A stretch of 63,864 nucleotides of DNA, the filler included, from an uncultured Methanosarcinales archaeon (GTDB lineage Archaea > Nanobdellota > Nanobdellia > Woesearchaeales > CAYSVS01), in NCBI GenBank assembly GCA_964434475.1. It is 5 parts of 5 records of this genome, joined end to end, with 100 filler letters (N's around TTAATTAATTAA, not from the genome) between each part and the next. Parts side by side here need not be neighbours in the genome. Positions count along the whole stretch, not along the records: positions 26,622 to 39,111 come from CAYSVS010000038.1; positions 39,212 to 51,586 come from CAYSVS010000039.1; 3 more parts are not named here. The stretch is one strand, 5' to 3'. Every line of letters begins with the position of its first letter. Positions within the stretch are counted from its first letter, which is position 1. Below the pieces are notes generated by a model that saw only the letters and a program-made list of their open reading frames with translations, ran no database searches and was not told where the DNA came from. Below, piece after piece: positions 30,611 to 40,556 of the stretch. The position numbers and the translations under genes were made by a program.

Positions 30611-30970
30611 TTAACTGGCCATATATTTATTATTGGCTCTATCTATTGTTCCGCTAACTCCTATATTCTTGAAAATGACCTTGTTATCGTCAATCTCTTT
30701 AATCAGGCTCAGGGCTGATTTAACTTTGTCTATATGTTTATTATTGGCTTTAATCATTCCTCTTTGAGATGTCCTATTCCATGTATTGCCAAGAATCTTT
30801 ATTCCTGCTTTTGCAGTTGTAAGTTCTCCTAAGTGCCTGTATATGCTGCTTTTTATCGCTTTTGAAACTATCTTAAAATCAAGTAATCCTTTTTGGGATA
30901 TAATTTCAAATACGAGGTATCTTTTGCGCTCTTTTAAGCTTGGTAATAAGGTTTTAAGCCTTTTTTCCAT
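30611..30970 (-). CDS. rnp2: RNase P protein component Pop5/Rpp14
   Basis: LLPSLKERKRYLVFE, GVSGTI. Confidence 0.93.
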   Translation of the reverse strand: MEKRLKTLLPSLKERKRYLVFEIISQKGLLDFKIVSKAIKSSIYRHLGELTTAKAGIKILGNTWNRTSQRGMIKANNKHIDKVKSALSLIKEIDDNKVIFKNIGVSGTIDRANNKYMAS

Positions 30971-31573
30971 TTTATTTTCCTATAACAGTTTTCATTAACT
31001 GAGAAGATTTAAATTCGTGTTTTTTTCTTTCTCTCCTCATATCTCAGAATAATGGACTTATTTATAAATGCTTCGGATTAATATAATATCTGTTATATTG
31101 AGGTATTGTGGTTTTACCCCTTTTTGGATACAAAAAAACAAAAGTTGTGTGTGGTATGATGTCTTGATGATGGTTGGTGATGTAGGTGAAACGTAACTTT
31201 AATAGTGAATTTTTAAAATTAGTATCTAAGAAGAATAATGGTAAATATGTATCTAAGACCTGCATCGGTGATTTTTTTATGGGGTCATATAGAATATGAA
31301 GGTAAGACTGTATTTTATATTTTGGTTTTAAACAAAGGTACAGGAAGTAGAAATGTTGTTGTTAATGGATATGGTGATAAGTATGAAAATGATGATGGTT
31401 TTATAGAAATTGTCTTTATGAAAATCTCTTATGAATGGAAAATAAATGGTTTGAAGAATAAAATTAAATCTGAGTTTTAAAAAAAATATTGTCTATATTC
31501 TTGAATATTTTAAAGATCCTGAAACCTTTAAGTTTTATAGTGGAAATAAAGATGTTATAATAAGGCTATACTT

Positions 31574-32902
31574 TTATTTTCTTATTATTCCTAAAACTTC
31601 GTCCCTTTTATCTTGCATTAGCTCTTTGTTTTTAGCTTCTAGGTTTAGTCTTAGCTTTGGTTCTGTATTACTTTTACGTACATTAAACCACCAATCTTCA
31701 AATACTATGCTTATGCCATCAAGCCAGAATATGTTCTTTGCTGTTTCTTTGTATTTTTCTTCAAGCTCTTTCATCCTTGCGTCTTTGTCTTCTACTTCTG
31801 AGTTGATTTCGCCAGATGCAAAATATCTCTTTATTGGTTTTATCAGATTGCTTAATGTTTTTCCTTCTTCCTGCATAAGGTTCATTATGTTTATTACAGA
31901 AATTATTGATGATTCTGTGAAAAAGCTTTCCTTGTAGTAAAAATGTCCGCTTAGTTCGCCTGCAAATAATGCATCCTCTTGTCTCATCTGTTGTTTTATG
32001 AATGCATGGCCGACCCTGCACATTATTGCATCGCCTTGGTTTTCTTCAATAATTTCCTTCACAGATTTGCTGCTTCTTAAGTCATAGAGAATCTTTGAGT
32101 TTGGATGTGTTTTAAGCAGTTCTTCTGCCAACAATGCTGTAATCAGGTCTGCGCTTATGTATTCTCCTTTCTCGTCTATGAACATGCATCTGTCACAATC
32201 TCCATCTACAGATACGCCTAAATCTGCTTTTTCGTATATAACTTTTTTTTGAAGATCTTTTACATTCTCTAATTTTAATGGGTCTGGAGTATGGTGTGGA
32301 AAGCTGCCGTCTGGTTTATCGTACATATATATTTTTTTGCATTCTATTTTGTCAAAAACTTTAGGATAGCTAAAGCCGCCCATACCATTGCCGAAATCAA
32401 ATACTATCTTTAGATTGTTTTTTTGTTGTTTTAAGAATCTTAGATTATGTTCTATGAAATCTTGCTCTATGTCAAGTTCCTTGATCTGGCCTTTTTTATT
32501 TGCTTCTTGGAAGTTATTCTCCTGAAACAATTTTTTAATATCTTTTATTCCTGTATCTCCGCTTATTGGTATGGCATTTTTTTTGCATAGTTTAAATCCG
32601 TTGTATTCTCCTGTATTGTGGCTTGCTGTAATCATTATGGCTGCTTCTTTATCTTTTGCAGCAAAATAAAGCATAGGTGTGCTTGCTAGACCTATATTTA
32701 TGATGTCTGCTTCTTGGTCTGTGATGCCTTTGATTAATGCGTCTGTAATCTTTTTCTGTGATTCGCGCATGTCATAACCTATAACAACTTCTTTACATTT
32801 CAAGAATGTAACGAATGCTCTTCCTATCCTGTAAGCGGTTTCTTCATCTAATTGTGTAGGGTAGATTCCGCGTATATCATAAGCTTTGAATATGTCTGTC
32901 AT
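31574..32902 (-). CDS. Phosphomannomutase/phosphoglucomutase
   Basis: FKAYDIRG, TASHN, DGDCDR, GELSGH, RKSNTEP. Confidence 0.96.
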   Translation of the reverse strand: MTDIFKAYDIRGIYPTQLDEETAYRIGRAFVTFLKCKEVVIGYDMRESQKKITDALIKGITDQEADIINIGLASTPMLYFAAKDKEAAIMITASHNTGEYNGFKLCKKNAIPISGDTGIKDIKKLFQENNFQEANKKGQIKELDIEQDFIEHNLRFLKQQKNNLKIVFDFGNGMGGFSYPKVFDKIECKKIYMYDKPDGSFPHHTPDPLKLENVKDLQKKVIYEKADLGVSVDGDCDRCMFIDEKGEYISADLITALLAEELLKTHPNSKILYDLRSSKSVKEIIEENQGDAIMCRVGHAFIKQQMRQEDALFAGELSGHFYYKESFFTESSIISVINIMNLMQEEGKTLSNLIKPIKRYFASGEINSEVEDKDARMKELEEKYKETAKNIFWLDGISIVFEDWWFNVRKSNTEPKLRLNLEAKNKELMQDKRDEVLGIIRK

Positions 32903-32903
32903 T

Positions 32904-33755
32904 TTAATCTTTGTTTTTTGGGCTAAGTCCTTTCCATTCTTTTATTGCTCTGTCGTATCTTTCCATATTCCCTGTATCAAACCACTGCCCTGAAAAAGGA
33001 TATCCGAATAGTTTGCCTTGATTTGCCAATTCAGGAAAAACTGTTTTTTCAAGCATTGCAAAACCGTCAGGAATCATCTCTATTGTATTTGGCTCAAGAA
33101 TATAGAAACCTGAACTTATCAGTTTGCTTGGAGCTTCTTCTTTCTTAGGTTTTTCTACGAATTCAAGTATTTTGCTGCCGCTCAATCTTGCGACTCCATA
33201 GGCACTAGGATCCTCGACAGTAGTCAAAGCTATGGTTGCTTTTGCGTTTTCTCTTGTATGCTGCTCGTACATCTCGTCTAAGTCTATGTCTTTCAGTTCG
33301 TCGCCGTTGGTACAGAAAAAAGCTTCTGAAAGATGTTCTTTTGCAAGTTTTAGCGGTCCTCCTGTGCCTAATGGCTCGTTTTCAATTATATAAGTGATGT
33401 TGACGCCAAACTTGCTCCCATCTCCGTAATATTGCATTATCTTTTCGCGCATATGGCCTACTGCCATGATTATATCTTTAATTCCATACTTTTTAAAAAG
33501 GTCGAAAAGATGTTCTGTTAATGTTTTACCGTGTACTGGAATCAATGCTTTTGGTATCTCATAAGTTATGGGTCTTAACCTTGTGCCTTTGCCGCCACAA
33601 AGTATCACTGCTTTTTTTGGAAAATTATTTCTTAATGATTTTTTCAGCAGTAATTCAAAAGCATGACTTCTGTTTTTTATCTTATGTCCATCTATTGCTT
33701 TGTCTATTTTTTTTAGTAAATCTGAATCTATAGTTACAGTTAATCTTTCTTTCAT
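32904..33755 (-). CDS. Sugar-1-phosphate nucleotidyltransferase fused to N-terminal ribbon-helix-helix domain
   Basis: MKERLTVTIDSDLLKKID...NRSHAFE (RHH), then GGKGTRLRPIT..PK, EPLGTGG, FVEKP, WFDTG. Confidence 0.9.
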   Translation of the reverse strand: MKERLTVTIDSDLLKKIDKAIDGHKIKNRSHAFELLLKKSLRNNFPKKAVILCGGKGTRLRPITYEIPKALIPVHGKTLTEHLFDLFKKYGIKDIIMAVGHMREKIMQYYGDGSKFGVNITYIIENEPLGTGGPLKLAKEHLSEAFFCTNGDELKDIDLDEMYEQHTRENAKATIALTTVEDPSAYGVARLSGSKILEFVEKPKKEEAPSKLISSGFYILEPNTIEMIPDGFAMLEKTVFPELANQGKLFGYPFSGQWFDTGNMERYDRAIKEWKGLSPKNKD

Positions 33756-33979
33756 AGAAAAAGTATGATAAAGTAATATTATTTAAACTTTTTTATTATG
33801 GGGTTTTTAATGTGGCGTAAATAATTTTAATACTGTTTTTTAATCTCGTATTAATTTTAGGTTATCTGAATAAGTTTATTCTTTAATGTTTTGTTATTCC
33901 TTTTTTAATATAAACCTATTTTAAAATTACCATTAAATAACAATATTTATATAGTTTGTTATGTTTTGCTATTTTTACA

Positions 33980-34996
33980 ATGATTAAACTAACACAAAAA
34001 GAGAAAAAATGTTTTTTAGGGTTAACCAAATTTCCAACGCTAAACGATAACCAATTGTCTAAAAAGATAGGTATTAAAAGAAGTACGATAACAGCAATTA
34101 GAAATAAACTTAAGCAGAAAGACTTTTATCAGACTATCGCTGTACCTAGTTTGAGTCTTATTGGATGTGAGATGCTTTCTGTTGTATATGGTTCGCTTAA
34201 TGCCAAAAACGGAGATATTAAAGCATTATTTCCAAAGATAAGTAAAAATCCTAATATTATTTATTGTTATTTTACAGATTCTGATTTTTTTGCAGTATTT
34301 GTAGAAAAAAATTATACTGGTTTTTCGAAGGATTATTATAACTTTATAGAAAGGTTAGAAGAAAATAATATTTTAAAGGACCATAAGATTGTTAATTTTC
34401 CTTTTGAAATATGTGTTTTCAGCAAATTGATAAATTTCACTGGGATATTGAAAAGAATATTTGATATAGATACTGAACCTGATGATGTTAATATTTATCG
34501 GAAACCTTCTTATTATAAATTAAGCAATAAGGAAAAGATTGTGCTTAAAGCTATAGTGAAAAATCCTGATGAATCTGATACTTTTATATCCAAGAAAACA
34601 AAGGTTGCCAGGCCTACTATAAGTTCAATAAAAAAGAAACTTTTAGATAAGAATCTTTTGCATTTTGTAAATATCCCTAATCTACAGAAGATTCCTTGTG
34701 AATTATTGAGCTTGTGTTATCTGCAGTTTAAAGGAGATGCTAGGGAATTTGCTGAAAAATCCTTTACTAATGAATGTAATGGTTATAGCTTTATGGAGTT
34801 ATTAAGTATAAGAGATGCGATAACTATCGGAATCTATGAAGATTATACTGTTTATCACAATCTTATGCAGAATATGATAAAAGATCAAAAAGAAAATCTT
34901 AGAGCTGAACCAGAGAATGTTTTGATTTCTATAAAGGAAGATTACAGGAAAAAACTTGATTTTTCCAGATTAGTTGATTATATGCTCAGCGATTAG
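33980..34996 (+). CDS. Tandem-duplicated HTH (Lrp/AsnC-like) transcriptional regulator
   Basis: Reads on + strand (ATGATTAAACTA at 33980, TAG at 34994), although the ORF track labels it '-'; two HTH halves NDNQLSKKIGIKRSTITAIRNKL and SDTFISKKTKVARPTISSIKKKL. Confidence 0.85.
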   Translation: MIKLTQKEKKCFLGLTKFPTLNDNQLSKKIGIKRSTITAIRNKLKQKDFYQTIAVPSLSLIGCEMLSVVYGSLNAKNGDIKALFPKISKNPNIIYCYFTDSDFFAVFVEKNYTGFSKDYYNFIERLEENNILKDHKIVNFPFEICVFSKLINFTGILKRIFDIDTEPDDVNIYRKPSYYKLSNKEKIVLKAIVKNPDESDTFISKKTKVARPTISSIKKKLLDKNLLHFVNIPNLQKIPCELLSLCYLQFKGDAREFAEKSFTNECNGYSFMELLSIRDAITIGIYEDYTVYHNLMQNMIKDQKENLRAEPENVLISIKEDYRKKLDFSRLVDYMLSD

Positions 34997-36238
34997 ATGG
35001 AATATTTTTGCTTTTTTTATCTTGACTTTTATCCTATCTCCTATTTTGTATTTTCCTTTCACTGCTATTGGTTTGTATGAATCGTTTCTTCCTATATATG
35101 TAGATTCTTTGCCTTTTCCATCTATAATTATATTGTCTATTCTTTCGATCCATTTTTGATTATTTTTTAATGATATCTTTCTGAACATTTCAGACAGTAT
35201 TCTTGATCTTTTTTTGATATCTCTTCCATGTATTTGATTAGGCATTTCTGCTGCTAATGTTTTCGGTCTTGCACTATATCTAGAAATATTTACTATGTCT
35301 GGCTTGGCATATGTCAATAAATTTAATGTATCTTGGAATTCTTGCTTTGTCTCTCCTGGAAATCCTACAATGATGTCTGTGGCTATAGTGATATCTGGGA
35401 TGTTTTGCTTAAGTTTTTTTATCATTGCCTTGAACTCTTCTATGGTGTATTGTCTTTTCATGTCTTGTAATACTTTGTTGTTTCCGCTTTGTACTGGAAT
35501 GTGTATAAATTTGAACATTTTTTTATCTTTGTATATTTCCGTAATTTCATCTATTAAATTTTTTAGGTGATTGGGGTTCAACATTCCTAGCCTTATCCTG
35601 AAGTTTCCTGGTATTTTGATTATGCTTCTGAGCAGATCAGGTAAATCCTCGCCGATATCTTTGCCATAAGCTCCTGTATCTTGTGCAGTCAGCCAAATTT
35701 GTTTTACTCCTTTGATTATCGCTTTTTTTGCTTTGCTGATTATCGCATCCTTGTCGTATGAGAACAAGCTTCCTCTTGCTTCTTTTGTCTTGCAGAAAGA
35801 GCATGGCAGACCTAGACAGCCTTGACATATAGGAATTATTTCTATGGCTTTGTTTTTTCTTTTTTTAGGCAAATCTATTCTTTGATTTTTTTCACGCGTT
35901 ATCGAAGTAATGCTATTATCTTTAAGAGTTTCTTCAACAATCTCTGCTATCTTATGGATCTGGTCTGTGCCTATTCTTGAAAAATCCTCTACTTGTTCAG
36001 TCTGCGCTATACAGCCTGCTATTATTATCTTTTTTTTTGATTGTTTTATCTTTTGAACCGTTTTTTTAAACTTTTTTATTGTTTGGTTCTTGACAGTACA
36101 TGTGTTGATTATAACAAGATCAGAATCATCTATGCTATTTACTATATTGAATCCTGCTTTTATTAATATCCCTTCTATTATCTCTGAATCTGCTGTATTT
36201 AGAGAGCATCCGAATGTGATAATAGATATATTATTCAT
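34970..36238 (-). CDS. tRNA t6A37 methylthiotransferase (MtaB/e-MtaB, radical SAM)
   Basis: TFGCSLN, INTCTV, AGC, CLGLPCSFC, ARG, TDIIVGFPGET, TRAM-like tail. Confidence 0.9.
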   Translation of the reverse strand: MNNISIITFGCSLNTADSEIIEGILIKAGFNIVNSIDDSDLVIINTCTVKNQTIKKFKKTVQKIKQSKKKIIIAGCIAQTEQVEDFSRIGTDQIHKIAEIVEETLKDNSITSITREKNQRIDLPKKRKNKAIEIIPICQGCLGLPCSFCKTKEARGSLFSYDKDAIISKAKKAIIKGVKQIWLTAQDTGAYGKDIGEDLPDLLRSIIKIPGNFRIRLGMLNPNHLKNLIDEITEIYKDKKMFKFIHIPVQSGNNKVLQDMKRQYTIEEFKAMIKKLKQNIPDITIATDIIVGFPGETKQEFQDTLNLLTYAKPDIVNISRYSARPKTLAAEMPNQIHGRDIKKRSRILSEMFRKISLKNNQKWIERIDNIIIDGKGKESTYIGRNDSYKPIAVKGKYKIGDRIKVKIKKAKIFHLIAEHIIN

Positions 36239-36293
36239 AATTTGGGCTAAAAAACCACTATATTTAAATATAACCTTAAATTTTTCAAAAAAC

Positions 36294-36602
36294 ATGAAAA
36301 TTCCAAAAGCAGTAAAAAGATATTGTCCGTATTGTAAGAAACATACAGAGCATAAAGTGGCTCAGAATAAGAAAAAGAAAGCTTCTAGTTTAACTTATGG
36401 TAGTAAAGTGAGGGCAAAATTAAGAGGTAGAGCTAGAGGAACAGGCAATTTGGGAAGGTATAGCAAGCCTGCGGTCACTAATTTTAAGAGGACTGGAGCT
36501 AAACAGACCAAAAAGACTGATTTGCGTTATACTTGCAAAGAATGCAAAAAAGTTCATATGCAAAAATCAGGAATAAGAGCGAGAAGAGTAGAGTTTGTTT
36601 AA
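36294..36602 (+). CDS. rpl44e: 50S ribosomal protein eL42/L44e
   Basis: MKIPK...YCPYCKKHTEH...TKKTDLRYTCKEC. Confidence 0.96.
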   Translation: MKIPKAVKRYCPYCKKHTEHKVAQNKKKKASSLTYGSKVRAKLRGRARGTGNLGRYSKPAVTNFKRTGAKQTKKTDLRYTCKECKKVHMQKSGIRARRVEFV

Positions 36603-36670
36603 ATTTATATCTTCTATTACAATATAATTTTTAATCCTGTTCTGTTTTTTTCTATTTTGAGGTGTTTATT

Positions 36671-37600
36671 ATGAAAGATGTAGTTTATGTTTTTACAGGT
36701 CAAGGAAGTCAGCATCCTGGCATGGGTAAAAGTTTATATGATGCTTATGATGCTGCTAAAATAATTTTTAATCAAGCAAATGAATATACTGGAATGGATA
36801 TTAAAGGTCTATGCTTCGAAGGTTCTAAAGAAGAACAGAAGTTGACAAAAAATACGCAGCCTATGATATTTACATTAGAAGTTGCAGCTTTTGAAGTTTT
36901 TAGTGAGCTGGCTTCACAACATATTGTGAAAGCAGCTGCAGGCCATAGTTTAGGAGAGTATGGTGCATTGTATTCAGCAGGATCTATATATTTTAAAGAC
37001 TGTGTTGAGTTGGTAAAGAAAAGAGGCGAAATAATGTCTGATGTAGGAGGTTATCTTGCTGCTATAGACAACATAGAATCTGATAAGGTTGATGATTTAC
37101 TAGAGGAGTTTAATGATGTTCAGGCTGCTTTGTATAATCATCCTAAACAGACTATTGTGGGGAGCGGTTCTAAAGAAGAGATTGAAGATTTTATTGTTGA
37201 AGCTAAAGCTAATAGAGCAAGGAGCAGGGGTTTGCTGCCAGTGAGTGATGCTTTTCATACTTCTTTGTATGCTGAAAGATCTGATGAGTACAGGAAGATG
37301 TTAAAAAATATTGATTTTAAGTTGCCAACTTTTTCAGTGTATTCAAATTTTGGACCGCATAAATATTCTGAAAAAAAAGATTTTGCAGAGTACTTATCCA
37401 GACAATTAGAGCAGCCGGTAATGTGGGATTCTATAATGTCTAGTATTCAAGATATCTTGCCTGAAACTATCGTCGAGTTCGGACCAAAACCGATTGTTAA
37501 AGGATTTTTTATGAAGAAAGATAAAGAATTTTTTAAAAATAGGTTGGTATTTGTAGGTGATGAAGAAAGCCTTGAGAAAACATTAGAGAAACTAATTTAA
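36671..37600 (+). CDS. fabD: Malonyl-CoA:ACP transacylase (FabD-like)
   Basis: FTGQGSQ, TQP, GHSLGEY, RG, VSDAFH, PVMW, EFGP. Confidence 0.9.
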   Translation: MKDVVYVFTGQGSQHPGMGKSLYDAYDAAKIIFNQANEYTGMDIKGLCFEGSKEEQKLTKNTQPMIFTLEVAAFEVFSELASQHIVKAAAGHSLGEYGALYSAGSIYFKDCVELVKKRGEIMSDVGGYLAAIDNIESDKVDDLLEEFNDVQAALYNHPKQTIVGSGSKEEIEDFIVEAKANRARSRGLLPVSDAFHTSLYAERSDEYRKMLKNIDFKLPTFSVYSNFGPHKYSEKKDFAEYLSRQLEQPVMWDSIMSSIQDILPETIVEFGPKPIVKGFFMKKDKEFFKNRLVFVGDEESLEKTLEKLI

Positions 37601-37603
37601 TTT

Positions 37604-38599
37604 TTATTCTTTTTTCTGTATTTTTGGATATGTATCTGGAAGCATGAATACTTTGTTTACTGCAACAGCAAGTCCCTTATCTTTTCTGATAATATCTTTA
37701 CTGATCATCTTTGCTTTTCCTAAGGCTATAAGTTCATCCTTTAAAGTCATAATTGCAACATCTTCGTCAATCTGTATATCTGATTCTGATTTAACTATTC
37801 CTGGTGTATTTAGGTTTGCCCCATGGCATAAAGTGTCGACAGTAGTATCCATAACCCAAACTTTTGGAAGATGTTCTACAGCTCTTTCAATAGGAAGTAT
37901 AACTTTTCTTATGTAAGCTTCATTATTCTCTTCTTTCCAGAAATGTAATGCGTCTGTAATATCGTGCAGCGTTATAATGTCACTTTCATTGAAAGGCCCT
38001 GTTTTGCTTCTTCTTAATTCTGCCATGTGTGCTCCTACGCCTAATTTTTGTCCTATATCGTGGCAAAGTTTTCTTATATATGTGCCTGCCTGACAGCCTA
38101 TCTTGAACAATATATCTTGCTCTTCAATATCCAGAATGTCTATATAGTATATCTTTCTGTAACGCCATTGTCTCTTTACTGCTGATTTTATAGGTGGTAA
38201 TTGCTTTATTTTGCCAACGAATGACATAAGAGTATCCTTAAGTTTTTCCTTGTCTATATCTTTATGCAGATGCATAAGCACTATATATTCTTTACCAGAA
38301 GTTAGTAAAGTTTGAACTATTCTTGTTGCTCTGCCTATAGCAACAGGCAAGACACCAGTTACTTTAGGATCCAGTGTGCCAGAATGGCCTGATTTATTTA
38401 TGTCTAGTATTTTTTGTACATATGCTGAAACTTGGTGTGATGTAGGGCCTTTTGGTTTATCTAGATTGATTATGCCATATTCTACCAAATCCTTAACTTT
38501 TCTTTTTTCGGGATTTTCACCAAACTTATCGCTTGTTTCAACTATCCTTTTAACAAGGATTTGTCTTTCTATCTTTTCAAAAGGCAATAGTGTTTCCAT
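37604..38599 (-). CDS. cbf5: H/ACA pseudouridine synthase Cbf5
   Basis: DKPKGPTSHQV, GHSGTLDP, GTYIRKLC, PUA domain. Confidence 0.96.
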   Translation of the reverse strand: METLLPFEKIERQILVKRIVETSDKFGENPEKRKVKDLVEYGIINLDKPKGPTSHQVSAYVQKILDINKSGHSGTLDPKVTGVLPVAIGRATRIVQTLLTSGKEYIVLMHLHKDIDKEKLKDTLMSFVGKIKQLPPIKSAVKRQWRYRKIYYIDILDIEEQDILFKIGCQAGTYIRKLCHDIGQKLGVGAHMAELRRSKTGPFNESDIITLHDITDALHFWKEENNEAYIRKVILPIERAVEHLPKVWVMDTTVDTLCHGANLNTPGIVKSESDIQIDEDVAIMTLKDELIALGKAKMISKDIIRKDKGLAVAVNKVFMLPDTYPKIQKKE

Positions 38600-38684
38600 A
38601 TTTTTAGAATTAATTCTGTTTGTTTATAAATATTGCTTTGATTTATCTAGAATATAAACTTTTATATATTGTGTTTTTTTCTCT

Positions 38685-38987
38685 ATGTTTATGGAAGCAG
38701 GAATATATTATTTGGATGATATGAAATTATACAAAGGATTATTGCACCAATTAAAGGATGAAAAGTATGATTCGTCAAATGGTGTAAGAGTATATAATAT
38801 TATGGATTCTTCTGTTATATTCGAAGAAGTTGGTAGAAATAATAAAGGAGTATCTTCTGGATTGGATATTATTGTTTTATCAGACAATAGATCTAAACTT
38901 GAATCTGCATTATTTTTTATTAAAGGAAGGGTTAAACAAGTTGCAAAGAATTTTGACAGGAAAGATTATATACTTCCTAAAACCTGA
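38685..38987 (+). CDS. Hypothetical protein
   Basis: 100-aa ORF with upstream TATA. Confidence 0.55.
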   Translation: MFMEAGIYYLDDMKLYKGLLHQLKDEKYDSSNGVRVYNIMDSSVIFEEVGRNNKGVSSGLDIIVLSDNRSKLESALFFIKGRVKQVAKNFDRKDYILPKT

Positions 38988-39057
38988 TTTTTAGTACTTA
39001 TTTTTTCTAAGATACATAAATATCTTTTAATTGTATTTTACTTTTTTTATGAAATGC

Positions 39058-39111
39058 AGGGAACTTTGCAAAATTAGCAAAAACGTAAACTCTATATATC
39101 TACTTGATATT
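39058..39111 (+). mobile_element. Possible third IS terminus (GGGAACTTTGCAAAA...)
   Basis: At a contig end; resembles IS5-family (IS1106-like) ends from memory; single copy only. Confidence 0.3.
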
Positions 39112-39211
39112 NNNNNNNNNNNNNNNNNNNNNNNNNNNNNNNNNNNNNNNNNNNNTTAATTAATTAANNNNNNNNNNNNNNNNNNNNNNNNNNNNNNNNN
39201 NNNNNNNNNNN
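39112..39211. other. Assembly spacer
   Basis: N run with TTAATTAATTAA. Confidence 0.99.
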
Positions 39212-39261
39212 AATATTTAGAGGTTTAGCCAAGGCTAGAGTTTAAATCTGCACAACTCCAG
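39212..39261 (+). mobile_element. IS-like element B terminus (end Y)
   Basis: Shares 18-bp terminal inverted repeat AAATCTGCACAACTCCAG with end X, then diverges internally. Confidence 0.8.
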
Positions 39262-39307
39262 TAATATAATATACTATATAAATTGTTTTCTTTGTTTCGG
39301 TGTAGGA

Positions 39308-40447
39308 CTAAATATTTATATTCCTTATAAGCCATTCTCTTGCTTCACTTACAGTATAACAGCTTCCAGTAACAAGTATCTTACCTTTGTTATTTTGTTT
39401 TGCATATTCCATAGCTCTATCTATGCTGTCAAAAACAATGCATTTTGCACTGTATTGTGCAATCTTATCAGGTTCAAGCGCTCTTTCGCTTTTTGGTTTT
39501 GTTATTATAATATTAGAATGCTTAGGCAATAGTTGGAACATTTTCAAATAATCTTTGTCTTTCAAAACACCAAATATTATTGTTAGTTCATCGATATTAA
39601 GATTGTCTATATATTCCTTCAATGCTTTCATTCCAGCAGGATTATGAGCGCAGTCAAGTATAAAATTATCTATTTGTTCTAGTCTACCGGGCCAGTCAAT
39701 GTTTCTAAAAGCCCTATCTATTATTTTTTCATTTATGTCAGTATCAAGTTCATTTATCGCAGTCAATGCAACTTTGGCATTGTTTATTTGATGTTTTCCT
39801 TTAAGGTTAAGCTTGAATCTGAAAGGTTTTGAATAATCCACATTCACTAATCTTTTACCTTTATTGAACATATGGTTTAGTTCCCTGTTTCCTCCATATA
39901 CTACTATAGAATTATTTTTTATTATGCCTGATTTTTCAAAAGCTATTTTTTCTTTAGTATTTCCAAGTTCAGCAGTATGTTCTAAATCAATGTTCGTTAT
40001 CACAGCAACATTTGCATCTACTACATTAGTCGCATCAAATCGTCCTCCTAAGCCAGTTTCCCAAACAACATAATCCACCTTTTGTTCATGGAAGTATTGT
40101 AAAGCTATTGCAGTAACAAACTCGAAAAAAGTGAGTTCTATTTTTTTTGATTTTATCAGCTCGATTATTCTAAGCAAATCTTGTTCAGGAATCCACTTAT
40201 CATCTATAGATATTCTTTCTCTGAAATCTATGATGTGCGGAGAATTGTATCGTCCTACCTTGTACTTTGCTTCGGTCAATATTGCTTGTATCATCCTTGA
40301 CACTGAGCCTTTTCCGTTCGTACCAGCTATATGTATGAACTTAAGCTTATCTTGAGGATAGCCTAGAGCTTCCATTATCTCTTTTATCCGCTCCAAATCG
40401 AGCTTGCTTCCAAATCTTCGCAGTGCATATAACCATTCATAAGACAT
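39308..40447 (-). CDS. folC: Folylpolyglutamate synthase/dihydrofolate synthase
   Basis: HIAGTNGKGS, SPH, ETGLGGRFDATN, WPGRLE, LDCAHN. Confidence 0.94.
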   Translation of the reverse strand: MSYEWLYALRRFGSKLDLERIKEIMEALGYPQDKLKFIHIAGTNGKGSVSRMIQAILTEAKYKVGRYNSPHIIDFRERISIDDKWIPEQDLLRIIELIKSKKIELTFFEFVTAIALQYFHEQKVDYVVWETGLGGRFDATNVVDANVAVITNIDLEHTAELGNTKEKIAFEKSGIIKNNSIVVYGGNRELNHMFNKGKRLVNVDYSKPFRFKLNLKGKHQINNAKVALTAINELDTDINEKIIDRAFRNIDWPGRLEQIDNFILDCAHNPAGMKALKEYIDNLNIDELTIIFGVLKDKDYLKMFQLLPKHSNIIITKPKSERALEPDKIAQYSAKCIVFDSIDRAMEYAKQNNKGKILVTGSCYTVSEAREWLIRNINI

Positions 40448-40556
40448 GGTTATTGGGAGAATAAAGGATTCTTTTTAAGATTTGTTATGTCTTTATAATA
40501 TGTTCTTTGTAAAACATATGATTTTAAATATTAGAAGTTAAACTTTCAAATTTAAG

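Noticed and set aside
31062..31480. Short ORFs in the ~600-bp gap between rnp2 and the phosphomannomutase gene
   Set aside because: No recognisable motif or RBS; may be decayed sequence. No RNA gene structure could be supported
33956..34996. ORF track lists this ORF on the minus strand
   Set aside because: The given protein is read directly from the + strand (TTGTTATGT... to TAG at 34996); annotated as +
36090..36293. N-terminal extension of the rpl44e ORF
   Set aside because: Overlaps the methylthiotransferase antisense; true start is ATG 36294
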